IMG/VR virus record: IMGVR_UViG_3300050821_008688
Span: 1 to 64,000 of that record
Direction: 5' to 3' (one strand)
From: a virus
DNA: 64,000 nucleotides
A program made the position numbers and the translations under genes. A model generated the notes under the pieces. The model did not search any database. It saw only the letters and a list, made by a program, of their open reading frames with translations, and was not told the origin of the DNA. This document shows, piece after piece, positions 29,078-37,874 of the stretch (its first letter is position 1; every line of letters starts with the position of its first letter).

Positions 29078-30359
29078 TTCCATAGAACGTTCGTGCGTAT
29101 AGTGGGGCTTTGGGTATCACTCGTACCGCAGTTGGGTCAGCCGTTACTGAGAACTTCCGCCCGCTTGGAAATTTCACTTCTACTATCACATTTGGATTTC
29201 CTGTCTTCATCACAGTGCCGCAGTATTTCGCCGCCTCGCCTGTTAAAATTTCCACGAAATCGCCAATCCGAACGCGCGCCGTTTTCTGCGCGGAGACAGA
29301 AGCCATCATTTTTAGTACATCTGCGTGTGGGACCGTTACCGCACTGACAAACTCCCCGGCGTCGTTGTAGGTTGCGGCCATCTCTGTGATGCCGCGTATG
29401 TGAGTCAGAGAGTTTAGTGCTGTCGGATTTATGCTGCGCGCTAGGATGTATCCGAATTCAAGTTCACCATTGGCGTCTGTCGGTGCGAAAATTTGCGCAG
29501 CGGTTTTGCTGAACATTTTTTGCCCGTAGCGTTGAAGCGTTGGCAGGATTGTGTTGATACGATGCTCGCTGCTAGTCTCAAACATATTCCACGAAGTATT
29601 GCGGAGCGCCGAGGTATCGCCGAACGAAAGCAGCGGCAGTTTATCAGACGGTGGTGCTTTGAAACGGCGAAGATGAACCCGCTGTAGTCGTGCTCGGCAA
29701 CTGCTACTGAGACCGCTGCGAGTCAGTGAGGCTTGGTGAGTCAGGCTGCGAAGATAGCAGCCGACCGCTAGAGCGCGAATGTCTTTTGATGCGAGCAGCT
29801 TTTTAATAGCGGGGCGGAATATTTTGCGAATCGCGGAGCGCGGAGCCTTCACAGTGTCTGCAACAAAAGCGTAACTCTGTTTCTGCGCGTACAAGAGAAT
29901 CAGGTCCGTCAAGCTGCCGTATTGCGTGTACTCTAAATTTGCCAGATACAAAATAGGACGTAGAATGCTGGCGTCTGGGTTTGTGCCGAGAACGATAAGC
30001 GCGCCGATTGCTTGCTCAATGAGGCGCAACTGTTGCCATACCCGCGTCTGAATCTCTCCGTGGGTTCTGGCAATAAAACTTTGGGATTTGCCCAGAAGGT
30101 AGTACGACAAAAACATTTCTTGCCACTCAACGCGGAGTTTTGCGAGGAGGGGGAAAAGTTTTTCGGGGTATTCTTGAGCGAACGCTCGGAAGTCAATCAG
30201 GCTGGTATTTTCGGGAATGGTTTCTGTAGAAATTAGCTCACCGTGTTTGTCTTTGCGATTGAACGCGGCTTCACTCGCTGCGTCTTCAATGCCCTCCCAG
30301 TAGGCCGGGTTGTTGTGTGGCGTATATGGTTCTAAATTGGTAGAATTATCAAAGGGCAT
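29067..30359 (-). CDS. transcription regulator: sigma70 region-4-like HTH(s) fused to NusG NGN-KOW
   Basis: LRVEWQEMFLSYYLLGKSQSFIARTHG (r4-like HTH); second HTH SYAFVADTV; FGYILAR..HIRGITE (NGN); RIGDFVEILTGEAAKYCGTV (KOW). Confidence 0.7.
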   Translation of the reverse strand: MPFDNSTNLEPYTPHNNPAYWEGIEDAASEAAFNRKDKHGELISTETIPENTSLIDFRAFAQEYPEKLFPLLAKLRVEWQEMFLSYYLLGKSQSFIARTHGEIQTRVWQQLRLIEQAIGALIVLGTNPDASILRPILYLANLEYTQYGSLTDLILLYAQKQSYAFVADTVKAPRSAIRKIFRPAIKKLLASKDIRALAVGCYLRSLTHQASLTRSGLSSSCRARLQRVHLRRFKAPPSDKLPLLSFGDTSALRNTSWNMFETSSEHRINTILPTLQRYGQKMFSKTAAQIFAPTDANGELEFGYILARSINPTALNSLTHIRGITEMAATYNDAGEFVSAVTVPHADVLKMMASVSAQKTARVRIGDFVEILTGEAAKYCGTVMKTGNPNVIVEVKFPSGRKFSVTADPTAVRVIPKAPLYARTFYGIKS

Positions 30360-30365
30360 ACCTGC

Positions 30366-30394
30366 ATAGTACTTTGGTACCAGCGGGATGTCAA
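30366..30394 (-). promoter_or_regulatory. leaderless sigma70 promoter overlapped by a GTAC-N4-GTAC box
   Basis: TTGACA-17-TACTAT-6-ATG; box at 30368-30381 covers the spacer and -10. Confidence 0.75.
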
Positions 30395-30579
30395 GAAGAT
30401 TTCGGGTCGTCGCTCAAACCGAGGAAATCTAGCCCAGCGGCTAGCGAGTCACGATAGGCTTTTAGGCATCGTTGGCCTGTCGCGGTCAAGTCGGATTCTT
30501 CGATGGAGCCGTCTGCGATTTCCAATTCCAGTTCCTGCCCTTCTTCAATGTCAGTGCCCGCGCGCATCCAGTTATCCAT
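30391..30579 (-). CDS. small acidic hypothetical protein
   Basis: SD GGAGG. Confidence 0.55.
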   Translation of the reverse strand: MDNWMRAGTDIEEGQELELEIADGSIEESDLTATGQRCLKAYRDSLAAGLDFLGLSDDPKSS

Positions 30580-30581
30580 GA

Positions 30582-31097
30582 TTACCTCCGATTAGCTGCG
30601 AACAAAACGTGCGCACCGTACCTGCCATCATCACCGGTTCCGTTGTACCTGTGGAGCCCTTCGCGTAATCCGCGCGGGCGAATATAATCTGCCAAAATTT
30701 TGGTGCCGATGCGGATGTTGGCTTCGGGATTTTCCAGTTCATGCCGGTTATGTCGCCACACTCGGGGATTAACCTGCATGAGCCCGATAGCGCCTTCCGT
30801 ACTTACGGCTAGCGGTCGGCAGGATGACTCTATCACAATTACGGCGGCGACGACGCGCGGCCAGATACCGTTATCCACGGCGGCGTGCCCAGCAGGCGAG
30901 GCGTAGGCGTCAGAGCAGCCGTTAGCTACCAGAACGCTTGCTGCCGCCTCTGTAGCTGCCCCGTATTCAATCTGTAGGGGTGCCAAAGCCGTTGTGTGGG
31001 CGGGTTCTGGCGTGGGTCCGGGCATATTTGCCACCTGTAGGACTAGCGCGAGGGTTGCGATGCTTACAACGACCGCGAGTGCTGTTAGGTATCTCAT
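30582..31097 (-). CDS. lytic transglycosylase (SLT domain) with N-terminal membrane anchor
   Basis: IESS, GAIGLMQV, NIRIG and YNG motifs. Confidence 0.9.
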   Translation of the reverse strand: MRYLTALAVVVSIATLALVLQVANMPGPTPEPAHTTALAPLQIEYGAATEAAASVLVANGCSDAYASPAGHAAVDNGIWPRVVAAVIVIESSCRPLAVSTEGAIGLMQVNPRVWRHNRHELENPEANIRIGTKILADYIRPRGLREGLHRYNGTGDDGRYGAHVLFAANRR

Positions 31098-31133
31098 GAC
31101 TTTAGTGTGCCTTCCGAGTCCGAAGGGGTCAAT

Positions 31134-31147
31134 AGTACCGAAGTACC
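31134..31147. promoter_or_regulatory. GTAC-N4-GTAC box abutting -35
   Basis: AGTACCGAAGTACC; leftward promoter TTGACC-17-CACACT. Confidence 0.75.
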
Positions 31148-31359
31148 GGTCGCGAGGTATCGCCCCGGTTTCGTGAGAATCGCCATCATAGGGATGGCGC
31201 GGCCTGCACTACTCTCCACAACAGGGATGCAGCGGCGTTCAATCTGGCGAACGTGGTGCTGTGTGCTGGCATCAAAAATTTGCAGTTCGGCCAGCGTTAC
31301 GGGCGGATAGATTTGCCGCATGAGAGATTCCCAGAGCGTCGGGGTTTCGTAATACAGCT

Positions 31360-31599
31360 TCACGATATCTTCTTCCAATCGCCGCAGGTTGGACACTTGG
31401 CGAAAGCGGTTTCGCAACAGCCCATCGCTACGGCTACCTCTTCGGGATTCGCGGTCTCGCATGCGTAGTCCCGCACATATCCGAGACTCGTGTGGATTAA
31501 ACGGGCAAATTCTTTTTGGTTTGTGGTAGCGGCGATGGTTCGAGCCTGAACCCCTAAATGAAAAGTGAGTGTTCCGAATACTTTCAATTTGTGATTCAC
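31360..31599 (-). CDS. hypothetical protein
   Basis: SD GGAGG; C-terminal CPTC. Confidence 0.55.
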   Translation of the reverse strand: MNHKLKVFGTLTFHLGVQARTIAATTNQKEFARLIHTSLGYVRDYACETANPEEVAVAMGCCETAFAKCPTCGDWKKIS

Positions 31600-31610
31600 G
31601 GTGCCTCCAG

Positions 31611-31648
31611 AAAAAAACCTCGGAACTTATTTCTAAGTCCCGAGGCTT
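31611..31648 (-). terminator. intrinsic terminator (leftward)
   Basis: CCTCGGGACTTA-loop-TAAGTTCCGAGG followed by TTTTTTT on the minus strand. Confidence 0.8.
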
Positions 31649-31656
31649 TAGAACAG

Positions 31657-32424
31657 TTAGAAACCAACTTCTGCTTCGGTCACCTCCTCAGACTTCGCCG
31701 CTTTTTTGTCGCGCTCGAAGTCATCGTGAACGTTGCCCTGATGGTCAGGGTCGCCATCCGGGAAATAAACCGGGGTGATGCCGCGCTTCTCAGCCGCCTT
31801 TGCTTCGTCGGACCCGCGCTGAGATTCGTTCAGGATTAATTCAACACGTTGCGGGAGCCACACGTAGAAAATTCCGGGCTTGTAAACGGTGATACGCTTG
31901 CCCGTTTCTACTCCAGTGTTTGGGTCTAGCTCAGGCACGCTACCAGTTATGGATTTGCTGTGCGCCAGTAGAACCCAAGTCTCACCGACCTTGAATCCTT
32001 GTGGGATAGCTTTGATGCGGCGAGAGAATCCAAGATTGACGCCTTCCTTTACGAAATCGGCAGGCGTCTTGTAGAATTTCTCGCCAACCCACAAAAGTCC
32101 TGCGCGTCCCATTGATTCGGGATGTTCGCATAGTGGGCAGTACATCTTGCTCAGTGTATCGCGGCACGGTTCGTAAACATTTGAAACACCGCCGTTGTCT
32201 GCGTTGGTGTGGCCGAGTACTTTGTCCGTTACGTGCGGGCCATTGAAAAACTTTGCAACGTCAACCCACGTCCAACCGCGTGCCTGTTTGATTCCTTGAC
32301 CGCAGCAAGTGCAGACGGTCAACTCAAACGGTAGACGGTCGCAAGGAATTCCGACGCCACCGCCGACCATGTACAGCCCGCCAACTTTTCTGTATCCACA
32401 TCCGCGTTTTGCTTCGTGTGCCAT
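31657..32424 (-). CDS. phage hypothetical protein (Cys-rich, RGCGYRKxGGLY)
   Basis: 255-aa ORF. Confidence 0.75.
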   Translation of the reverse strand: MAHEAKRGCGYRKVGGLYMVGGGVGIPCDRLPFELTVCTCCGQGIKQARGWTWVDVAKFFNGPHVTDKVLGHTNADNGGVSNVYEPCRDTLSKMYCPLCEHPESMGRAGLLWVGEKFYKTPADFVKEGVNLGFSRRIKAIPQGFKVGETWVLLAHSKSITGSVPELDPNTGVETGKRITVYKPGIFYVWLPQRVELILNESQRGSDEAKAAEKRGITPVYFPDGDPDHQGNVHDDFERDKKAAKSEEVTEAEVGF

Positions 32425-32629
32425 GTTACGCCTTGCGCGCGTCCAAGTAGCGCGACTTGTCTGGATTTACTGGTGAAAACGTGCCTTCAATTTGCAACTT
32501 CTGACCGCAGTCCGCGCACTCACCAAAGACGGTGTTGCTGTGGGTGCAGGGCTGCTTGGGGAACTGAATTAGGTTTTTCATGGTGCCTCCGATGTTTCAA
32601 GGATACAAAAAGTGATGGTGAAAGTCAAT

Positions 32630-32643
32630 GGTACCGATGTACT
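32630..32643. promoter_or_regulatory. GTAC-N4-GTAC box abutting -35
   Basis: GGTACCGATGTACT; leftward promoter TTGACT..TATCCT. Confidence 0.75.
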
Positions 32644-32655
32644 AGAAACTGCGCT

Positions 32656-33003
32656 TTAGAATCCAAAATCGTAGTATTCGTCCCGCACGCCAACGCGAAC
32701 GATGGTGCCACCGCGCAGCGCATCGCCGCGAATTACATATGTGCCGTTTTTTCGCAGTGTGGCGGTTTTGATTTCTCCCTGCGGACTCGGCGCGTAGGTG
32801 TAGTCTTGACTTTCAGACATTCCGTTTTTGTCGATGCGGGTGACTTTATCTCGCTGGATGGTGATTTGCTTGCCGTCCACAGCGATGATGGTGTAGGCGC
32901 TGCGGTCGCTGTGGTAAAGAATGGTGGCCCCCATGCCGACTTGGGGGATTGCTGGACGGATAGTTTCGGCGATGCGATTCATTAGGTTTCCGTAAACTCT
33001 CAT
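32656..33003 (-). CDS. phage hypothetical protein (VGMGAT..SDR)
   Basis: SD GGAGG. Confidence 0.75.
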   Translation of the reverse strand: MRVYGNLMNRIAETIRPAIPQVGMGATILYHSDRSAYTIIAVDGKQITIQRDKVTRIDKNGMSESQDYTYAPSPQGEIKTATLRKNGTYVIRGDALRGGTIVRVGVRDEYYDFGF

Positions 33004-33057
33004 TGATGCCTCCTGATTACAAAGTGATGATAGCCCGAAACGGGGTTTGGCGTCAAT

Positions 33058-33071
33058 AGTACTAAAGTACC
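33058..33071. promoter_or_regulatory. GTAC-N4-GTAC box between divergent promoters
   Basis: AGTACTAAAGTACC; leftward TTGACG-17-TATCAT, rightward TTGACA-17-TTTAAT. Confidence 0.75.
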
Positions 33072-33117
33072 AAAGATTTCACTTGACACTTTAACAGGTA
33101 AGTGGTTTAATATGAGT

Positions 33118-33552
33118 ATGAAAGATAGACACAAAGATACAGAGAAGCGGCGAACGTATGTCGCGAAGTACCGAAAGGAACATAAAAGTCAGAGGCGGGA
33201 GTACATTCAAAATCGAATCGCGCGCGGCATCTGTATAGACTGCGGTCACGCATCTCGCAGCGCCAGATGCATCATTTGTCTAGCGAAACATCACCAAGGT
33301 TTGACGGGAAAAGAACTACAAAAAGCAGTCAAAGCGTGGGAAAAGTTTGATGGCAGGTGTCAGTGTTGTGGAACACGAATTCCCGGAGGTACGGGGTATT
33401 TCTGTACCGACCACGACCATAAAAACAAACGCTTCAGGGGAATTATATGCCATAATTGCAACGTGGCTCTAGGTTTCATGGGTGATAGTGAGCAGCGGAT
33501 TTTGTGTCTCTTAATATATCTGAGAAAGTTCTTGACATCCGGGAATGAGTAA
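33118..33552 (+). CDS. recombination endonuclease VII-like (His-Me finger) nuclease
   Basis: CQCC...TDHDH...RGIICHNCNVALG. Confidence 0.88.
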   Translation: MKDRHKDTEKRRTYVAKYRKEHKSQRREYIQNRIARGICIDCGHASRSARCIICLAKHHQGLTGKELQKAVKAWEKFDGRCQCCGTRIPGGTGYFCTDHDHKNKRFRGIICHNCNVALGFMGDSEQRILCLLIYLRKFLTSGNE

Positions 33553-33567
33553 AGGTAGAATCAGAAC

Positions 33568-33810
33568 GCCAATGAAGTGAGAAGTCAGCGGTGAGGTTCC
33601 ATCGGCTGAGAGTTGGTGGAAACTTAAAAAATGCCAACAGCAATATGGCAAAGCGGTTTGCGGTACCGGATATGTGGTTTGACGCGGGCGTAAGCTCACG
33701 GCAGACTGCATCGCGTCGGGCGTCACTGCCTGTCGCACTGGCAGCGTAATCGCTAAAACGGACGGGCGGCGTGCTAAGTAGCGGCTTAGAGTGCGCCGCC
33801 AGTTCGGTTA
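33568..33810 (+). ncRNA. structured RNA resembling the PK1 + tag reading frame of tmRNA (no tRNA-like domain seen)
   Basis: Own promoter TTGACA-18-TAGAAT; H-type pseudoknot; AAAAAAT-GCC-AAC resume context; frame ANSN...PVALAA*; stop codon in a hairpin loop. Confidence 0.5.
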
Positions 33811-33821
33811 CGGGAGTCTAT

Positions 33822-34598
33822 ATGAGATTTGTTTTAGCACTGGTTTTAGGTTTCCTCCTCTTTGGCGCAGGTTTAACTCGCGCCCAAATTCAACCCGCAC
33901 AAGGATTCGATAAGACCGCAATGGACGCGACGTTTGCGCTCTATGCGCGAGGGATTAGCGAAAAAACTGGTAAGATGCAGCAAATTTTTGTGTGTAGTGC
34001 GTTCGTGTTCAAGCGGGATGCTACTGGTTATTTTCTTTTGAGTATGGGTCATTGTGTGTACGATATGCCGTCCGAGGTTACCTTTGTGGTGTCCGAACAA
34101 ATAGGCGGCCCATTTTTGTCTGTAGTGCCGGTATCCGCGCGACTGAACGGTTCGGAAGAATATTCTGAATTTCATTTGACGACCACGAAGATATATCCTG
34201 TACTGGAAGTGGGAGATGATTCTAGCGAATATATTGGTAGCATCGTGCTGACTCCTAATTTTGCATTCGGTATCGGTAAACAGTTAGCGCGTGGAGTTGT
34301 AGCAAGTCAGAGGCTGTCGCGCACTGATGAATGCCATGACTGTGATGGAGAATTTTTGGTTCATGAGACTGCGGGAGAGGGTGCGTCGGGTTCCCCAGTT
34401 ATTTCAGCGACTACACACAAAGTAGTGGGCGTGTTGGAAGGGGAATGGCAGGGTCAAAACGGTGAGTTCGGAGGATTTTTCGTGGAGCCTATCGCTACCA
34501 TTCAGCATTCGCTCACACTGCCTAATCAGTATAATGAACTGCACCGAACGCAGCCGTTAGATTTTCGTAAAATATTCGGAGCACCAAATGCAAACTAA
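33822..34598 (+). CDS. secreted trypsin-like serine protease
   Basis: Signal peptide, SMGHCV and GASGSPV; the catalytic Asp position appears to be Glu. Confidence 0.8.
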   Translation: MRFVLALVLGFLLFGAGLTRAQIQPAQGFDKTAMDATFALYARGISEKTGKMQQIFVCSAFVFKRDATGYFLLSMGHCVYDMPSEVTFVVSEQIGGPFLSVVPVSARLNGSEEYSEFHLTTTKIYPVLEVGDDSSEYIGSIVLTPNFAFGIGKQLARGVVASQRLSRTDECHDCDGEFLVHETAGEGASGSPVISATTHKVVGVLEGEWQGQNGEFGGFFVEPIATIQHSLTLPNQYNELHRTQPLDFRKIFGAPNAN

Positions 34599-34821
34599 TC
34601 CGCGCGGCCAGTGGACCGACCATGACGGTTCAAATCACTTGAGCCGGTCGCAGTACAATTCAATGGACCGCGTGCTGACTATTGAGTTCAAAAACGGATA
34701 CGTCTACCATGTCCACGGATTCTCGCCTGAAGACCATCAGGCTTTTCTTGGTGCGCCATCGCAAGGTCAGCACTATCACAACTTCATTAAAGACAACTAC
34801 AAAATTACGCGGGTGAAGTGA
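34588..34821 (+). CDS. KTSC domain protein
   Basis: YN...LTIEFKNG.VY.....FLGAPSQGQHYHNFIK. Confidence 0.88.
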   Translation: MQTNPRGQWTDHDGSNHLSRSQYNSMDRVLTIEFKNGYVYHVHGFSPEDHQAFLGAPSQGQHYHNFIKDNYKITRVK

Positions 34822-34823
34822 AA

Positions 34824-35087
34824 ATGAGAGACGAACAAATCAAATACATGGCGAATCGTTTTCTTGCGTGGCGCTTGCCTGAGAATTTTCAGCCTGACGG
34901 TGGCATTAGTTTTAAGCCGATACGTAATGAAGGCACGCCATATGTGGGAAAGAACGAACCTGTTGGAACCAATCTGTTCGATGCCATACAAGCAGAAGAG
35001 ATGGTTCGCTATATGGTTGATGGGATGCCGAGCGATTCAACTATACAATTCCCAAAAAATTCTCTTGACAACGATTCCAAGGCGTGA
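34824..35087 (+). CDS. phage hypothetical protein (RFLAWRLPENFQPDGGI)
   Basis: ORF. Confidence 0.7.
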   Translation: MRDEQIKYMANRFLAWRLPENFQPDGGISFKPIRNEGTPYVGKNEPVGTNLFDAIQAEEMVRYMVDGMPSDSTIQFPKNSLDNDSKA

Positions 35088-35355
35088 GTAAATCAGTCAG
35101 GCTCGACTCGGCTAGAGTTTACACGCTTCTAGGGCGTCCCTTAATTCTAGCCGCAGCGGCCTTTGGAGCATCCATGTTGGGCAGATGGGATTTGATTAGC
35201 TACGAGCTATCACCCGAAGAAGAATCCGTCCGGGTTGCGCGTGCGACTAAGCTAGCAATGGTGCGGGCCATTGCCCGTGGAGAACTAAATCCAGCGACTG
35301 TGTTATTTCCTACGCATAATGAAACCGATATTCAAATCTTGTTTGAGGAGCGACC

Positions 35356-35688
35356 ATGCATCCCTTTTTAATCGCGATTGTTCTTGCCTTTATTGTGATT
35401 TGTTTTATTGCCATCTTTTTTACCTACATCGGACAGAAGCCGGATGTCATCAAGGGCGAGATAGACCAAATCCCGTTTGTTGCGCCACAAGGCGGGCTGA
35501 CTCAGCGGGAAGTTGAATATCTCACGGAGTTGATTTGTCCCGATTGTGGTGGTGAAGAATTTCTCACGGGGCCGCAAGGCGGGCTTAGTCAAAATGTGAT
35601 GTGCGGAAAATGCGACGCGAAATTTAATCTTGCGCCGTTTGATAACGGGTGGCTAGGCAAGCCGTTCATCGCGGAGCGAATCAAGTGA
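35356..35688 (+). CDS. TM-anchored Zn-ribbon protein
   Basis: N-terminal TM, CPDC...CGKC. Confidence 0.65.
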   Translation: MHPFLIAIVLAFIVICFIAIFFTYIGQKPDVIKGEIDQIPFVAPQGGLTQREVEYLTELICPDCGGEEFLTGPQGGLSQNVMCGKCDAKFNLAPFDNGWLGKPFIAERIK

Positions 35689-35960
35689 GCAATCTTACCG
35701 AACTACGTTTTCGTGTACAGACCTTAGCGGTACTGCTGGATAAACCATATCCGGGACTGGCATCGTGGCGCACTGCATACGAAGCCGCGTCGCGTAGCAT
35801 CTTAGACTTCTACGGCATCAACGTTGAGAGAATTAAAGCTGAGACTTGGACGCTAGCGGTGGAACAAACCATCGGTGATATGGAGCGGCGTAAATCTCGA
35901 CGGTCGTTGTTTGACGCGCAGCCAAATATTGTAGGGGCTCCAACTAAATTAGATTTGTAG
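35685..35960 (+). CDS. hypothetical protein
   Basis: Coupled GTG start. Confidence 0.5.
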   Translation: MSNLTELRFRVQTLAVLLDKPYPGLASWRTAYEAASRSILDFYGINVERIKAETWTLAVEQTIGDMERRKSRRSLFDAQPNIVGAPTKLDL

Positions 35961-35969
35961 GAGGAAATC

Positions 35970-36230
35970 ATGGGTGCGTTTATTTTGGGATTGCTTGTCG
36001 GGGGCGGGCTGGCGTGGGTAGTGTCGCTGTTTGTTCGTACTCACGACGCATGGTTATTGCGTCAAGCTGTGTTTTATGGTCCGTATACGTGTTTGGAGTG
36101 CGGGCGAATGATTTGTGAGTCGTCGTTTGAAGATGGTAGGAAAGCGTACGACTACCCTGAAGACGGCCCCATCTACCCCAACACGCGATGGAACCGTCAC
36201 GAGTGTGCGGCGACGGACTACAATTACTAG
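35970..36230 (+). CDS. TM-anchored Zn-binding protein
   Basis: SD AGGAGG; TM then CLEC...HEC. Confidence 0.6.
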   Translation: MGAFILGLLVGGGLAWVVSLFVRTHDAWLLRQAVFYGPYTCLECGRMICESSFEDGRKAYDYPEDGPIYPNTRWNRHECAATDYNY

Positions 36231-36790
36231 GCGAACGTGATGGCGTTGACCACGGTCTGCGCGCGACTCGTGTCATTTTCCTTGAGGTAACAGAGCGCAG
36301 TGGCGGGAGACCGGTGTTGCAAGAAACCGGAGACCGCGCCGAGTCTCTGGGTCTCGTCAAATATCTTCATCGCGATTGAGTGTCGGAAGACGTGAGAGTG
36401 ACCGAAATCGCTGTGGAGCCCCGCCGCGTCGCAATAAACTTTCAGACGGTCGTTGAAATTCTGCCGATGGCTGGTGCTGAACAACAGATTCGTGCGCCGA
36501 GTCGCGGCCAGCCTGACCAGTGGCGTCATATCAAAGGCTGGGTCCGCGTCAAAGTGCAAATCCTTGAAGGCTTTGCTACCGCCCTTGCGCGCGTGAATCT
36601 TGACCACGAGACGACCGTCAGCTTCAAAAATATCCTCACCCTTGAGGCTGAGAATCTGAGAGATGCGAGCGCCGGTAAAATAGCCGAGGAGCGCAATCAG
36701 GTGGTCGTTTTTGCTGGCGTCGCTGGTCTTGCTCGCCTCGTGAATCGTGCGAAATAACTTGCTCAGGTCTTTGGTTTCGAGGTATTCCAT
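36227..36790 (-). CDS. tyrosine recombinase, catalytic domain only (187 aa)
   Basis: TGARISQ, K, HSHVFRHS, LQH...Y. Confidence 0.9.
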   Translation of the reverse strand: MEYLETKDLSKLFRTIHEASKTSDASKNDHLIALLGYFTGARISQILSLKGEDIFEADGRLVVKIHARKGGSKAFKDLHFDADPAFDMTPLVRLAATRRTNLLFSTSHRQNFNDRLKVYCDAAGLHSDFGHSHVFRHSIAMKIFDETQRLGAVSGFLQHRSPATALCYLKENDTSRAQTVVNAITFA

Positions 36791-37029
36791 TAGCGCACCG
36801 CCTCGTTGAATTCCTCGTTGTCCAGTTCTTCGGTGAGGGAGCCGACGTAAGGGTCTAGCACAGGTTTCGGTGCCAAAATTTGCCCCATGAGTTCGTTGTA
36901 GAGTTTGGCCCATTTGTTGGTGTCAGAAAAAACCACGAATTTGGAATCGGTCGGGATGCCTTCAAATTCGCAGGCGCGAGCCCAGACCAAAGAAACAGAT
37001 TGATAAACCGTGATGTGTTTTGTGGTCAT
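36790..37029 (-). CDS. hypothetical protein
   Basis: SD GGAG; coupled to the recombinase. Confidence 0.65.
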   Translation of the reverse strand: MTTKHITVYQSVSLVWARACEFEGIPTDSKFVVFSDTNKWAKLYNELMGQILAPKPVLDPYVGSLTEELDNEEFNEAVR

Positions 37030-37080
37030 TGTCGTGTTCTCCATGACTCCATTATCACTTTTGGGTTGGATTTTGTCCAT

Positions 37081-37094
37081 AGTACGGAAGTACC
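37081..37094. promoter_or_regulatory. GTAC-N4-GTAC box abutting -35
   Basis: AGTACGGAAGTACC; leftward promoter TGGACA..GATAAT. Confidence 0.7.
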
Positions 37095-37118
37095 GAAAAT
37101 CCTTAGTACGAGGCACTG

Positions 37119-37131
37119 TGTAAATTTTACA
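37119..37131. promoter_or_regulatory. TGTAA-N3-TTACA palindrome
   Basis: Same motif as the cluster at 45927-46588. Confidence 0.6.
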
Positions 37132-37289
37132 CGGTTACCGCAGATGTTCCTTGCGCACAAAGTCCAGCATAGTCTCGGCGACCCGAATCTCTTCCTCCGT
37201 GGCCTGCGGGTTCCTGATAATCGCGTCTAGGCGTCGCGCCTCGCGGTTCCATTGCTCAATGAGCCAATCCTGATTTTGCTGAACGTCGC

Positions 37290-37484
37290 TCATGATTGCG
37301 CTGCTTTCGCCGCATAGACTTCGCGAATGAATTCCGCGACGCCTGCACGGTATCCGCGAGAATAATTATCATCGGGCGTTTCGGGTTGCAGCATCTGCAT
37401 AACTTTGAGGCAGCGGCCTGCGCGCGCGTCTTCGAGCCCGTGCCACTTGCCGCTTTCGTGGGTGGTCATTGGTGTGTCGCTCAC
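37290..37484 (-). CDS. hypothetical protein
   Basis: Coupled ORF. Confidence 0.55.
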   Translation of the reverse strand: MSDTPMTTHESGKWHGLEDARAGRCLKVMQMLQPETPDDNYSRGYRAGVAEFIREVYAAKAAQS

Positions 37485-37819
37485 GATTGCACCGCCTTAC
37501 GAACGGTCGGCGGATAAGTGGTGGTGTCCAGAACCATTCCATCAAAGTACATATCGCGTTCAATTCCCAGACCGAGGCGGCCTTTGTAATTCGCCAATTC
37601 GGATAGGAGAAAATTTCCCAGTTCGGCTTCGTGGCCTTCAACGAGCCCGAAGAACAGCCAATCGCCGTCTTCTTGCAGTTCGCCTTCCGTGGCGTACCAT
37701 GTCCAGTTTCCGGTTGGATTGAAAAACTTCACGATGATTGGGCGGGTCTTGAGACCATCGGTTGAGCCGAGCGGTGATTTCTTCAACTTTGCGATTATCG
37801 CGGCAGTGAGTAGCTTCAT
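37481..37819 (-). CDS. DUF2958-like protein
   Basis: KFFNPTGNWTWYATE, FFGLVEGHEAELGNF, IERD. Confidence 0.85.
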   Translation of the reverse strand: MKLLTAAIIAKLKKSPLGSTDGLKTRPIIVKFFNPTGNWTWYATEGELQEDGDWLFFGLVEGHEAELGNFLLSELANYKGRLGLGIERDMYFDGMVLDTTTYPPTVRKAVQS

Positions 37820-37874
37820 TGGTGTTGCCTCCTGTACTGTGATGATAGTATGCGGAGCCGCCGCCCCGGTCAAT

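Noticed and set aside
33684-33760. tRNA-like start GCGGGCGTAAGCTCACGG
   Set aside because: No T-arm (TTCRA), matching acceptor strand or CCA. No tRNA gene could be supported in the window.
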